A stretch of 64,000 nt of DNA from Chrysemys picta bellii. Its lineage: Eukaryota. Below are positions 49,361 to 62,507 of this stretch, one piece after another. How positions within the stretch are numbered: position 1 is the first letter of the stretch; each line of letters begins with the position of its first letter. A program made the translations under genes and the position numbers. The stretch spans positions 1,178,001-1,242,000 of the forward strand of contig NC_088806.1 in assembly GCF_011386835.1 (NCBI RefSeq). Reading direction: 5' to 3'. Under the pieces are notes generated by a model. That model saw only the letters and a program-made list of their open reading frames with translations. It did no database searches and had not been told where the DNA came from.

Positions 49361-50404
49361 GGGGGCCCCCACCCCGACATCCCCCCGCGCCACAGACGGA
49401 TTAAACTATCAGAACCCACACCCGGCCTCTGTCATTCCAGCAGGACTCCTGGGTTCTCTCCCCAGCGCTGGGAGGGGAGTGGGGGCTGGTGGTTAGAGCA
49501 AGGGGGGGCTGGGAGCCAGGACTCCTGGGTTCTCTCCCCGGCTCTGGGAGGGGAGTGGGGGCTGGTGGGTTAGAGCAGGGGGGCTGGGAGCCAGGACTCC
49601 TGGGTTCTCTCCCCGGCTCTGGAAGGGGAGTGGGGGCTGGTGGTTAGAGCAGGGGGGCTGGGAGCCAGGACTCCTGGGTTCTCTCCCCGGCTCTGGGAGG
49701 GGAGTGGGGGCTGGTGGGTTAGAGCAGGGGGGTCTGGGAGCCGGGACTCCTGGGTTCTCTCCCCGGCTCTGGGAGGGCGGGGGGCTGGGAGCCAGGACTC
49801 CTGGGTTCCTCTGGGGCAGGCCATTCCCTGTAGCTGTGGGGCAGCGCTACCGGCTGGGGGGCCGGGGGGGGGCCGGGACTGGGGCTGCCCTGCTGGTTCC
49901 CCTGTGGCACTGGGCTGAGCAAACAGGGGCTGGGCGGGGGGGGGGGGGGGGTTGGACCCGCCCAGGCCCTGCCGGGTGTAACGCAGGAGCTGCTGCTGGT
50001 GCCGGCGTCACCCTTATCGCCCCTGGCTCCGTGTGCGGGCTGGGCCGGGCGCCAGGACGGGGGCTGTTCCCAGCTGGCTGGGGGGGGCCGGGGGGGAGAC
50101 GGACGGACCTGTATCATCCCTCCCCCCCCCCCCGCCGTCAGACACCAAACCCCACTGAGTTCTCAACCCTCCTTTATGGAAATGCTGCTGCAATCCCCCC
50201 ACACACACACACACTCGCGACACCCCTGGCAGGAGCCACCCCACAACCCCCCCCCCCCCGAGTCCACCCCCATAGCGCCCCCAGGCGAGCGTCCTCAGTG
50301 GGGGGGAGGAATCCCACGCGCCAACTCGGGTGGGTCCCAGCCCCCCGTCAGCCGGCGGGGGCGAGGCCATGAGGGGCTGGCGGGCGCCGTGGGGCGGCCC
50401 CCCA

Positions 50405-51014
50405 TCAGCCGGTGGCGTCGAGGGCCGTGGTGGCGGAGTCCAGCTGGTGGCGGAAGGAGACTCGTGCCTTCCCGCTGAAGAAGGCCCCGTCCGGCTCGCT
50501 GCTGGTGGAGGGCGTGGGGCGGGCGTGGGGAACCGGGGGCCCCTCCATGGGGTGGGCGCGGGCAGCTGGGGGGCAGAGAAGGGGGGAGTGTGAGCTGAGA
50601 ACAGGAGGGCTCAGGGAAAGATGGTGCAGGGGTGGGGGATCAGGCAAGATGGGGGGGCTCTGGGGAGGGGAATCAGGAGAGCATGTGGGGGCAGGGCAGA
50701 TCGGTTGGGGGCACCCATGGAAAGGAACGGGGATGGATCTGGGGGGTTGCAGGGGTGGACAGGGAGGGGGGCCGGGTGGAGGAGATGGGGGGCAGAGTAG
50801 ATCTTTTGGGGGGCGCTCCTTGCAGGGGTATCGGGGGTGGATCTGGGGGGTAGGAGGGATGTAGGCATGGACAGGGAGGGGAATGGGGGCAGGGAGGAGG
50901 ACGTGGGGGTAGGAGGGATCCGGGGGTGCTCTCACCTGGGGGGCTGGGGCCCCCTTTCCTGCGGCGTTTCCTGCGCCCGGCCCAGGAGAAGCAGCGCAGG
51001 ACCCTTGCCCCCAT
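50405..51014 (-). CDS. C17orf114: Small protein orthologous to human C17orf114, 2 exons (51014-50936, 50565-50405), 79 aa
   Basis: MGARVLRCFSWAGRRKRRRKGGPSPP...GAFFSGKARVSFRHQLDSATTALDATG. The C-terminal motif matches what I recall of the human protein (GAYFSRKARLSFRHQL). Position between PSMB6 and PLD2. Phase-1 GT-AG intron, 240 nt. Confidence 0.8.
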
Positions 51015-51635
51015 CCTGCCGGGGGCCTGTGGGACAGAGCAGGGGGTCAGGCAGGGCCCTGATAGGGGGCCTGGGGTCTCGGCCCCCATGTCAGTGGGGT
51101 GGGAGCTGACACCCTCTGCCTGGCCCCATAACAGCCAGGCTGGGAGACCAGAGCGTCCCCTAGTCAGTGGGGCACAGACCCCCCACGGCACAGCCGCACA
51201 GACCCACTGCACCCCCCAGACCTCCCCCCCAGCACCAGGATCCCCTGTTTTCCCCCCTCCCGGGATCTTTGCCCAGAGCCCCCCCCCTCTGCACTCCTCT
51301 TCCCTGAGGTTCCCCTACAACCTGTGCTGGACCCACCCCCCTGTGCCCCCCAAACCTCCCTGTCCTCCCCTCCCCCAACGACCTGGGCATCCCCCCTGCT
51401 CTGGGACCCCTTACCTGGAGGTCTTGGGATGGGAGGGTCCCCTCTGGCCCCCCCTGCTCTCGGCTATGGGGCTGCCCCAGTGCGAGGTGTCCTGCAGCCC
51501 GGCTCCCCCCTCACTGCAGCTGGCTCTGGGGCATGTCGGCCAGACACGGACTGGGACTGGCTGGGACCCGCCCGCCCCCTTGGCAAATACCGCCCCTTCC
51601 CGCCCTGCCCCCCCACCAGGGGCCAGCCCCACCGG

Positions 51636-54055
51636 GACGGGTGGGAGTGAGGGGCACTGGCAGGGCTGGGCTAGTGGGGGGTTGCGGGTCGGGAGTGAGG
51701 GGCACCAGCAGAGCTGGGGGGGGCAGGGCTGGGCTGGCAGGGGCTGCGGGTCAGGAGTGAGGGGCACCGGCAGAGCTGGGGGGGCAGGGCTGGGCTGGCA
51801 GGGGGTGCGGGTCGGGAGTGAGGGGCACCGGCAGAGCTGGGGGGGCAGGGCTGGGCTGGCAGGGGCTGCGGGTCGGGAGTGAGGGGCACCGGCAGAACTG
51901 GGGAGGGGCAGGGCTGGGCGAGGAGGGGGCTGCGGGTCGGGAGTGAGGGGCACCGGCAGAGCTGGGGGGGGCAGGGCCGGGCTAGTGGGGGGCTGCGGGT
52001 CGGGAGTGAGGGGCACCGGCAGAGCTGGGGGGGGGCAGGGCTGGGCTGGCAGGGGCTGCGGGTCGGGAGTGAGGGGCACCGGCAGAGCTGGGGGGGTTGC
52101 GGGTCGGGAGTGAGGGGCACCGGCAGCTGCCGGGATCTGGCCCCACGGGCCCCACAACTGGGGCTGGGCCGTGGGGTGCCCAGAGCAGCGCAGGAGGGTT
52201 TGTTATTGTAGGGTCTCCCTGGAGCCCCGTTCCGAGGGGGGGGTCCCAGAGCCGGTCCCTGCTCCCGTGGTGGGGACCCCCCAGGCCGCGGGCCGCCCCC
52301 TCCCGTCTATGGGGCAGGGTGTGTCTGGCTGGCAGGGGGAGGAGGCTGGTCTGGGCTGTCCCGGGACACGCTCCAAGCTCCCCCCACAACTTCCCCTTCC
52401 CGGCCCAGCGCCGCGGGACCCACCCAGCCGCGCACCCCCAGGCTGTGGGGCCGGGCGGGGAGACCCCTGGGTAAGTGTCGGGGTTTCCCGCAAGGTGGGG
52501 GGAGATCCTAGACCCCCTCCTCGTGCCCCCCCCCGGGACGCCCCTCGCCTTGGGGGTCGCTGCTGCTGCTGACGGTCCCTCCCGGGGGGGGGTTAGATCG
52601 GGTCCCCCCCCATAACCAGGGGAGGGTCCAGCTCGTTCTTGGGGGGGGGATCCCGTTCTCCTCTCCCCGTTATCCAGAGACCCCCCCCCCGGGGCGGAGC
52701 TCAGCCCCCTGCTCCTCCCTCGCGACGGGACCCTCCCCAGATGCAGCCACATGAGGGGGGGCTGCGGGGACACAGCCGCTCTTTGCCCATCCCCCGGCCA
52801 CCAGACACCCCCCCCCCACCCCCGCTCCCCCACGTGACTCGGAACTGACTCAAAATCTCTGTTTGCTAATTACAACCGCGGGCTGGGGGGGGCAGGGCTG
52901 GGCTAGCAGGGGCTGCGGGTCGGGAGTGAGGGGCACCGGCAGGGCTGGGCTGGGCTGGCAGGGGCTGCGGGTCGGGAGTGAGGGGCACCGGCAGAGCTGG
53001 GGGGGGGGGGCCGGGCTGGCAGGGGCTGCGGGTCGGGAGTGAGGGGCACCGGCAGGGCTGGGCTGGGCTGGCAGGGGCTGCGGGTCGGGAGTGAGGGGCA
53101 CCGGCAGAGCTGGGGGGGGGGGGCCGGGCTGGCAGGGGCTGCGGGTCGGGAGTGAGGGGCACCGGCAGGGCTGGGCTGGGCTGGCAGGGGCTGCGGGTCG
53201 GGAGTGAGGGGCACCGGCAGAGCTGGAGGGGCAGGGCCGGGCTAGCAGGGGCTGTGGGTCGGGAGTGAGGGGCACCGGCAGGGCTGGGCTGGGCTGGCAG
53301 GGGCTGCGGGTCGGGAGTGAGGGGCACCGGCAGAGCTGGAGGGGCAGGGCCGGGCTAGCAGGGGCTGTGGGTCGGGAGTGAGGGGCACTGGCAGAGCTGG
53401 GGGGGGGTAGGGCTGGGCTGGCAGGGGCTGCGGGTCGGGAGTGAGGGGCACCGGCAGGGCTGGGGGGCAGGGCTGGGTTGGCAGGGGGCTGCGGGTCGGG
53501 AGTGAGGGGCACCGGCAGAGCTGGTGGGGGGGCAGGGCTGGGCTAGCAGGGGCTGCAGGTCGGGAGTGAGGGGCACCGACAGGGCTGGGCTGGCAGGGGC
53601 TGAAGGTCGGGAGTGAGGGGCACCGGCAGAGCTGGGGGGGGGCATGGCTGGGCTGGCAGGGGCTGCGGGTCGGGAGTGAGGGGCACCGGCAGAACTGGGG
53701 GGTGCAGGGCTGGGCTGGCAGGGGCTGCGGGTCGGGAGTGAGGGGCACTGGCAGAGCTGGGGGGGGCAGGGCCAGGCTGGCAGGGGCTGCGGGTCGGAAG
53801 TGAGGGGCACCGGCAGAGCTGGGGGGGGGCAGGGTTGGCAGGGGGCTGCGGGTCGGGAGTGAGGGGTACCGGCAGAGCTGGGGGGGGCAGGGCCAGGCTG
53901 GCAGGGGCTGCGGGTCGGGAGTGAGGGGCACCGGCAGAGCTGGGCGGGGGGTAGGGCTGGGCTGGCAGGGGCTGCGGGTCGGGAGTGAGGGGCACCGGCA
54001 GAGTTGGGGGGGGCAGGGGCTGCGGGTCGGGAGTGAGGGGCACCGGCAGAGCTGT
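51636..54055 (+). repeat. ~61-bp G-rich minisatellite arrays (51636-52130 and 52880-54055)
   Basis: GGGTCGGGAGTGAGGGGCACCGGCAGAGCTGGGGGGGCAGGGCTGGGCTGGCAGGGGCTGC with length variants. Confidence 0.92.
52300..52476 (+). promoter_or_regulatory. Candidate PLD2 non-coding first exon / promoter
   Basis: CpG-rich patch ending in the donor CTGG|GTAAGT at 52471. Acceptor at 54841 lies upstream of the PLD2 ATG. Confidence 0.4.
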
Positions 54056-54856
54056 GGGGCAGGATTGAGGGGCACTGGGCGGGATTGTCAAGGGCTGTGG
54101 GTTGAGGCTGGCGGGACTGGGGGGCACAGGTGGGTCGGGGGGATTGTGGGACGGGGTGGACTGGGGGGCTGGCAGGGGGCTGGGGGGCAGGATGATGAGT
54201 GGGGGAGGACTAGGGGCGGGGGGCCTGTGGGGCTCAGAGGAAAGGGATCTGGGAGCGCAGATGGCCTAGCTGGGGGGAGGAGGGGCTGCAGCCAGAGGCC
54301 GTCCCCAGCCCCCTACTAGCGCAGCCCCCCCACCAGTGCCCCCCGAGCTCTGCTCTGTAACCCCCCCCTCCCCCCGTCCCCATAGTGACTGTCTGGGCTG
54401 CAGGCCAGGAGCCGCTGTTACATAAACAGCCGGGGGGAGCCGCTCCCCCCAATTAACCCCACAATGCCCCCCACGTCACCGACAGATCAACCTGTGTCAG
54501 CCCTTGCTTGCCCTGGGGGGCGGGGGAGCCTGGCCTGACACCCCCTCCAGGAATTTGTTCCAGGAAACCCAGCCAAAGCATCTCTCCGCCTGCCCCCCTC
54601 CCACCCTTGGCACTGCCATCCCGGATGCCTGGGTCCTATCCCCCCAGCGATGCCCTGCTGGAGACCTGGCTGCACTCCCCATTCTTCCTCTCGGACTCTT
54701 GGGTCCCCCCCCTCGGCTGCATGAGGAAATTGCCCACCCCAGAGATTCCCCGTCGCCAGGGTGCTGGTGGGTTGGAGCAGGGGAGACTAGGAGCCAGGAC
54801 TCCTGGATTCTCTCCCCATCCCCATCTCCGCTCCTCTCCAGGCAGAGACCGGCACC

Positions 54857-57800
54857 ATGCAGACCCTGGCTGGCCCCTTCGCGGGGGGCAGCTCGCTGGA
54901 CGCCTCGGACCTGCAGGTGGATGGGGACGAAGTGGAGGGGCTGCGGGAGGGCGAGGAGCCAGGTGAGTGGGGAGGCCCCGGGGGAAGGTGGGGGGGGCTA
55001 GGACTTTAGTCTCCGGCTCCCTGGCACGGCGTGGGGGGTGGGCAGCCGACCCTTGCGGCCAAGGGCTGAGTGTCAGGACCCTCCCCAGGAACCCAGGCAT
55101 CCTGGTGCCTGGCCCACCCGAACTGGGGTTCAGTGTGTCCATGTCTGGCACTTAGCAGGGGGCTTTGCTGCCTCCGTGCATGTGGGGGAGGGAGACGGGG
55201 GGGGTCCATGGGTTACCCCCACCCTGACCCGTCCGTCCATCCCGCAGGGGGTCCGCTCTACCCCTTCCTGGTGGTCTATGACCTGAAGCCGCTCAAGTCG
55301 CAGGGGCCAGTGTTTGCCAAGGGGGTGCCAGTCACTGCCCGGGTGGAGGGCACCGAGCGCTACACCACCGGCTCCAAGGTGAGTGGGGATGGGGGGCTGG
55401 GAGCCAGGACTCCTGGGTTCTCTCCCCGGCTCTGGGAGGGGAGTGGGGGCTGGTGAGTCAGAGCAGGGGGGATGGGATCCAGGACTCCTGGGTTCTCTCC
55501 CCGGCTCTGGGAGGGGAGTGGGGGCTGGTGAGTCAGAGCAGGGGGGGCCGGGAGCCAGGACTCCTGGGTTCTCTCCCCGGCTCTGGGAGGGGAGGGGAGG
55601 GGAGAGGAGGGGGCTGGGGGGTTAGAGCAGGGGGCCTGGGATCCAGGACTCCTGGGTTCTCTCCCCGGCTCTGGGAGGGGAGGGAGGCTGGTGAGTCAGA
55701 GCAGGGGGGGCTGGCAGCCAGGACTCCTGGGTTCTCTCCCCGGCTCTGGCAGGGGAGGGGGCTGGGGGGGTTAGAGCAGGGGGGCTGGCAGCCCGGACAC
55801 CGGGGTTCTCTCCCCGCAGATCCGGCCAAGCACACTGTACTCCCTGCGACTGACCCACGGGGATTTCACCTGGACCATGAAGAAGAAGTTCAAGCACTTC
55901 CAGGAGCTGCACCGTGACCTGATGAGACACAAAATCTTCATGAGCTTCCTGCCCCTCTCCAGGTCCGACCCCCCCCCCCCCCCCCCGCAATGGGGCCTGT
56001 GCCACAGGAATTCCCCCCCCCCAGCACTGTGAGGGCCCCGGTCCCTGCTGCCCCACATGCCTCCTCCTGAGCCCTAGATTGGTCTCCAAAGCCACGAGCT
56101 GCCCCAAACCATCCTAGAATAACCCCCCCAGGGCGGGGACTGGCTGGCTTAGGGGGGTGGGGGAATGGGGAAGGGGCCTGTCCCCTCTAGGGGGTGCTGG
56201 CTCCCCCCCGGCCCCAGGGCAGGGACTGGCTGGCTCAGGGGGACGGGGAATGGGGCAGGGGTCTGTCCCCTCTAGGGGGCGCCGGCTCCCACCCAGCCCC
56301 AGGACGGGGACTGGCTGGCTCAGGGGGGTGGGGAATGGGGCAGGGGTCTGTCCCCGCTAAGTCTCACCCCATCTCTGATTCCACCCCCCTCCCCAGGTTT
56401 GCTTTCCATGGGTCCCGTGCAGAGGCCACCTCTCTGGAGATGCCCGCCCTGCCCCATGGGGGTGATGGCACTTCCAGACGCCCCTCCAGCAAACAGGTAG
56501 GGGGAAGGGGGGTGGGATGCTGGAGGGTGGGGGGTTCTGGGGGTTCCAGGGCTAGGAAGGGCCGTGGGGGGCCCCATGGGGCGACTGTGGGTGCTGGGGA
56601 GCCCCCGTGTGAATTCTGGGGGGCGGGGAGGAGTCCGGGAGGCAGGCCGGACAGCATTACATCCCTGATTTACGCTGTTCACGCACAGCCTCTGGCATGT
56701 CAGCTGCTCCTTGGGTTGTGCAACCGAATGACACTCGCCGATATCTCCAGTCCCAGACACAGCCCTGGGAACCTCCGTCTGGCAGTGCCCAGTCGTGCCC
56801 GCTAGACGCTGCCAGCTTATATGAGTTTGTCAGTTTAACAAAGCCATTGATATGCACCAGACTTGTTCTCCCCAGGGGAGCCTCTGACACGCTGCAAACC
56901 AGACGCACGGCTCCAGGTGGAACAAACAGACCGATCTATTAACTATGAAGAACGATTTGAAGTGATTATAAGTCAAAGCACAAGAAGTCAGATTTGGGCA
57001 AATGAAATAAAAGCAAAGTGCATTCTTAGCCGATCTTAATGCTTCCAACGTCCTTACAAACTTAGGTGCTTCTCACCACAGGCTGGCTGGCTGCCCTTCA
57101 GCCAGGCTCTCCCCTTTGATCAGCGCTTCAGTCGCTGGGGGGTGATGTCTGTAGATGGAGGTGGAAGAGAGAGGAAGAGCCTGGCAAATGGGGATTGGTC
57201 CTGCTTTGAGCAGGGAGTTGGACTAGATACCTCCTGAGGTCCCTTCCAACCCTGATCTTCTGTGATTCTCTCCCTTTGATCATGTCCTTTTTTCCTTCTT
57301 GGTTCCCGCCCCCCCTTCAGAGTCAGGTGAGCATTACCTCATCGCAGTCCCACACTGACCAAGGGAAGGGGGGTGACTCACTCAGAGTCTAACAGATCCT
57401 TTTGTTGCTGCCTAGGACAGCATCCTTTGTTCCTGTGAGGCTGGGCCGGGTTCATAGAATCATAGAAGATCAGGGTTGGAAGGGACCTCAGGAGGTATCT
57501 AGTCCAACCCCCTGCACAAAGCAGGACCAATTCCCAACTAAATCATCCCAGCCAGGGCTTTGTCAAGCCTGACCTTAAACACCTCCAAGGAAGGAGATTC
57601 CACCACCTCCCTAGGGAACCCATTCCAGTGTTTCACCACCCTCCTAGTGAAATAGTGTTTCCTAATATCCAACCTAGACCTCCCCACTGCAACTTGAGAC
57701 CATTGCTCCTTGTTCTGTCATCTGCCTCCACTGAGAACAGCCGAGCTCCATCCTCTTTGGAACCCCCCTTCAGGTAGTTGAAAGCAGCTATCAAATCCCC

Positions 57801-60800
57801 CCTCATTCTTCTCTTCTGGAGACTAAACAATCCCAGTTCCCTCAGCCTCTCCTCATAAGTCATGTGCTCCAGCCCCCTAATCATTTTTGTTGCCCTCTGC
57901 TGGACTCTCTCCAATGTTTCCACATCCTCCTTGTAGTGTGGGGCCCAAAACTGGACACAGTACTCCAGATGAGGCCTCACCAATGTCGAATAAAGGGGAA
58001 CGATCACATTCCTCGATCTGCTGGCAATGCCCCTACTTATACAGCCCAAAATGCCGTTAGCCTTCTTGGCAGCAAGGGCACACTGTTGACTCATATCCAG
58101 CTTCTCGTCCACTGTGACCCCTAGGTCCTTTTCTGCAGAACTGCTGCCTAGCCACTCGGTCCCTAGTCTGTAGCAGTGCATGGGATTCTTCCGTCCCAAG
58201 TGCAGGACTCTGCACTTGTCCTTGAACCTCATCAGGTTTCTTTTGGCCCAGTCCTCTAATTTGTCTAGGTCCTTCTGTATCCGATCCCTACCCTCTAGTG
58301 TATCTACCACACCTCCCAGTTTAGTGTCATCTGCAAACTTGCTGAGGGTGCAATCTATGCCATCCTCCAGATCATTAATGAAGATATCGAACAAAACCGG
58401 CCCCAGGACCGACCCTTGGGGCACTCCGCTTGAAACCGGCTGCCAACTAGACATGGAGCCGTTGATCACTACCTGTTGAGCCCGACGATCTAGCCAGCTT
58501 TCTATCCACCTTACAGTCCATTCATCCAGCCCATACTTCTTTAACTTGCTGGCAAGAATGCTGTGGGAGACCGTATCAAAAGATTTGCTAAAGTCAAGGA
58601 ATAACACGTCCACTGCTTTCCCCTCATCCACAGACCCAGTTATCTCCTCATAGAAGGCAATTAGGTTAGTCAGGCATGACTTCCCCTTGGTGAATCCATG
58701 CTGACTGTTCCTGATCACTTTTCTCTCCTCTAAGTGCTTCAGAATTGATTCCTTGAGGACCTGCTCCATGATTTTTCTGGGGACTGAGGTGAGGCTGACT
58801 GGCCTGTAGTTCCCCGGATCCTCCTTCTTCCCTTTTTTAAATATGGGCACACCTGCCCTGATGAGGTGTGAACTGCCTCTCTGCTTCTGGAGAGTTTTTG
58901 CCTGGGTTTGCTTTAAGCCATGAGGACACATTTTCAGCCTCATAACTATACACATGAAATTATAACCTATAACGTTACTGTAACAACAATGTTCAGTGAA
59001 TCATGAGCCTTCCGAAGACACCCAACATACAAACTTTGCATTGGATACCACACAATAATTTTACAACAATGAACATGGGGGTGTAGGGTGTTCCCCCGAG
59101 GTACAGAGCGTCACAGTTCTCTCCCTGGCTCTGGGAGGGGAGTGGGGGCTGGTGGGTTAGAGCAGGGGGGGGCTGGAAGCCAGGACTCCTGGGTTCTCTC
59201 CCCAGCTCTGGGAGGGAAGTGGGGGCTGGTGGTTAGAGCGGGGGGGAAGGAGCCAGGACTCTGGGGTTCCATTCTCTGACCCACCTCAGGTGTCATACTG
59301 CACTCAGGTGGAAAGTTGAATTCATGTCAAGTGAAAGCATTTTAATTAGTCAGATGCACCTACCCTAAACACGCTGGCCGGGTAAGGCCCGGGTTTCTCG
59401 GCACGTCCGGCGTTGAAAAGGGACTCATGGACCAAGGGAAGCAGGATCTGGTGCTAGGGAACTGAAGCGGTTTTGTCCGGTCCCTGGGTCCTGGCAGATT
59501 TTAGAGCTAGTAGATCTCGGCCTGGTTCTGTACAAACCAGGGAGGTTTATCCCTCTGCCGGTGAGGGGAGCGGAGATTTAGGGAGGGAGGAACGGGGAGA
59601 TGGGGAGCCCTTGAAGACAGCAGGGGATGTGTGTGTGGGGTGGGGGTCCAGGCCACTTGGTGGGGGACTCTCACTCCTCCCCTTGCTCCCCACAGAAGTA
59701 CCTTGAGAGCTACCTGAACTCCCTGCTGGAAATGTCCTTCTACCGCAATTACCACGCCATGGTAACGTATTGGCCCCCCCACAGCTCCCCCTTCAACTTC
59801 CTGAACTCCTGGGTTCTTTCCCCTGCTCTGGGAGGGGAGTGGGGGCTGGTGGCCAGGACGCCTGGGTTCTCTCCCCAGCTCGGGGAGGGGAGTGGGAGCT
59901 GGTGGGTTAGAGCAGAGGGGGCTGGGAGCCAGGACTTCTGGGTTCTCTCCCCATCTCTGGGAGAGGAGTGGGGGCTGGTGGCTTAAAGGGGAGGGGGAGG
60001 AGCCAGGACTCCTGGGTTCCATTCTCTTCCCTGCAGGCGGAGTTCCTGGATGTCAGCCAGCTCTCTTTCATCCCCGACCTGGGACCCAAGGGCCTGTGAG
60101 TCCAGTTTACTTTCTCTGCCCAGGGACCTGCCACCCTGCCAGCCACCAGGGCAACCACTTCGGGGGGGAGCCTGTACAGGGGGGCGAGGGCAGCCAGCCA
60201 GGGTAGCTTCCCACACACAGTAGGGGCGTGAGTTGGGGGGGGAGAGCGAGGGCCACTTGGAGCCAGGATTCCTGGGTTCTCTCCCCGACTCTGGGAGGGG
60301 AGTGGGGGCTGGTGGGTTAGAGCAGGGGGGGCTGGGAGCCAGGACTCCTGGGTTCTCTCCCCAGCTCTGGGGAGGGGAGTGGGGGCTGGTGGTTAGAGCA
60401 GGGGGGCTGGGAGCCAGGACTCCTGGGTTCTCTCCCTGGCTCTGGGAGGGGAGTGGGGGCTGGTGGGTTAGAGCAGGGGGGGCTGGGAGCCAGGACTCCT
60501 GGGTTCTCTCCCCGGCTCTGGGAGGGGAGTGGGGGCTGGTGGTTAGAGCAGGGGGGGCTGGGAGCCAGGACTCCTGGGTTCTCTTCCCAGCTCTGAGAGG
60601 GGAGTGGGGGGCTGGTGGTTAGAGCAGGGGGGGCTGGGAGCCAGGACTCCTGGGTTCTCTCCCCGGCTCTGGGAGGGGAGTGGGGCCTGGTGGGTTAGAG
60701 CAGGGGGGGCTGGGAGTCAGGACTCCTGGGTTCTCTCCCCGGCTCTGGGAGGGGAGTGGGGGCTGGTGGGTCAGAGCAGGGGGGGCTGGGAGCCAGGACT

Positions 60801-62163
60801 CCTGGGTTCTCTTCCCAGCTCTGGGAGGGGAGTGGGGGCTGGTGGTTAGAGCAGGGGGGGCTGGGAGCCAGGACTCCTGGGTTCTCTCCCCGGCTCTGGG
60901 AGGGGAGTGGGGACTGGTGGTTAGAGCAGGGGGGCCGGGAGCCAGGACTCCTGGGTTCTCTCCCCAGTGACCTGGCTCCTGCCGCAGGGAGGGCATGATC
61001 CTGAAACGCTCTGGCGGGCACCGAATCCAGGGGCTCAACTGCTGTGGGCGCCACCAGATCTGCTACCGCTGGTCGAAGAGGTGAGCTGGGAGGGCCGGGG
61101 GGGGGCTGGGGTCTGTGTGGCCCCCTCCCTGCTCACGGGACCCTGTCTCCCCCCAGGTGGCTGGTGGTGAAGGATTCCTTCCTGCTGTACCTCAAGCCGG
61201 AGTCAGGGGTCGTCTCCTTTGTGCTGCTCTTTGACCCGGGATTCAGCGTCATGGTGGGGAAGAAATCCACCGACAGCAAGTACGGGGTCCGCATCGAGAA
61301 CACCGCCAGGTCCGGACGCCGGGGTTCCACCCTGCCAAAGGGGGGGGTGGCGACAGTGGGGGTGGGCCGGGAGCCAGGACTCCTGGGTTCTCTCCCCGGC
61401 TTTGGGAGGGGAGTGGGGGCTGGTGGGTTAGAGCAGCGGGGGCTGGGAGCCAGGACTCCTGAGTTCTCTCCCCAGCTCTGGGAGGAGAGTGGGGGCTGGT
61501 GGTTAGAGCAGGGGGGGCTGGGAGCCAGGATTCCTGGGTTCTCTCCCCGGCTCTGGGAGGGGAGTGGGGGCTGGTGGGTTGGAGCAGGGGGGCTGGGAGC
61601 CAGGACTCCTGGGTTCTCTCCCCAGCTCTGGGAGGGGAGTGGGGGCTGGTGGGTTAGAGCAGGGGGGGCTGGGAGCCAGGACTCCTGGGTTCTCTCCCCG
61701 GCTCTGGGAGGGGAGTGGGAGCTGGTTTGTGATTTCTCCCCCCCGCCCCCGCAGGACGCTGATTCTGAAGTGCAGCAGCTACCGGCAGGCGCGCTGGTGG
61801 GGGCAGGAGATCACGGAGCTTGCCCAGGAGCAAGGCGAGGATTTCCTGCACCTGCACCGGCACCAGGCCTTCGCGCCCGTCCGCGAGGGCACCCCCACCC
61901 GCTGGTGAGGGGGGCGAGGATTGTGCAGGGGGAGGGGACGGGATCCCGTGTGGAGAGGGTTGGGGGAGGGAGATAGGGCAGGTCCCGGTGCCGGGGAATC
62001 GGGGGTTAGTGGGGGGCAGATGTGGGGGTTGTTCCTGGTGGTCACCAGATTCCAGTCTCTTCCCCACCCCCCGTGGCAGGTTCGTGAACGGCGCTGGGTA
62101 CTTTGCGGCTGTGGGCGACGCACTGATGCAAGCGAAGGAGGAAATTTACATCACCGACTGGTG
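54857..62163 (+). CDS. PLD2: Phospholipase D2, 5' part (10 coding exons: 54857-54962, 55248-55378, 55820-55962, 56397-56496, 59696-59761, 60037-60095, 60988-61080, 61157-61309, 61755-61904, 62080-62163); continues beyond the window
   Basis: PX/PH region: [84 protein letters not shown]...[10 protein letters not shown]. All phases consistent. Confidence 0.95.
57190..57268 (+). mobile_element. Very short CR1 3' end fragment
   Basis: GGATTGGTCCTGCTTTGAGCAGGG...GAGGTCCCTTCCAACCCTGAT..TGTGATTCT is the reverse complement of the CR1 tail at 57453. Confidence 0.75.
57452..58850 (-). mobile_element. Young 5'-truncated CR1 (RT and C-terminus nearly intact)
   Basis: CATAGAATCATAGAA tail. ORF 57633-58955 with [37 protein letters not shown]. 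Confidence 0.93.
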
Positions 62164-62169
62164 GTGAGC

Positions 62170-62505
62170 GACCCCCTGCTGCCCCCCAGGGCCCTGGCCT
62201 GACCCCCCCTGCTGCCCCCCAGGGCCCTGGCCCGACCCCAGGGCCCTGGCCTGACCCCCCCCTGCTTCCCCCAGGGCCCTGGCCGACCCCCCCCCTGCTG
62301 CCCCCCAGGGTCCTGGCCCGACCCCTGGGCCCTGGCCTGACCCCCCCTGCTTCCCCCAGGGCCCTGGCCGACCCCCCCCCTGCTGCCCCCCTGGGCCCCG
62401 GCCCACCCCCCAGGGCCCTGGCCTGACCCCCCCCCGCTTCCCCCAGGGCCCCGGCCTGCTCCCCTGCTGCCCCGCAGGGCCCTGGCCTGACCCCTTGCTG
62501 CCCCG
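62170..62505. repeat. C-rich tandem repeat (CCCCAGGGCCCTGGCCTGACCCCCCCTGCTG variants) in a PLD2 intron
   Basis: Direct inspection. Confidence 0.85.
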
Positions 62506-62507
62506 CA

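Larger units (their letters stand above)
56676..59115 (-). mobile_element. Probable LTR remnant in PLD2 intron 5, interrupted by two CR1 fragments; left end uncertain
   Basis: Ends GTACAGAGCGTCACA (reverse complement begins TGTGAC like the other LTRs). Lower-GC island within GC-rich introns. No TSD found. Confidence 0.5.

Noticed and set aside
51636-54127. Many long Pro/Gly/Ala-rich ORFs and a regularly spaced repeat pattern (also at 35.4-35.9, 41.6-42.3, 43.7-44.2, 48.4-49.0 and 60.2-61.0 kb)
   Set aside because: These are translations of GC-rich minisatellites, open in several frames on both strands. There are no unique spacers, so they are not CRISPR arrays, and no domain motifs.
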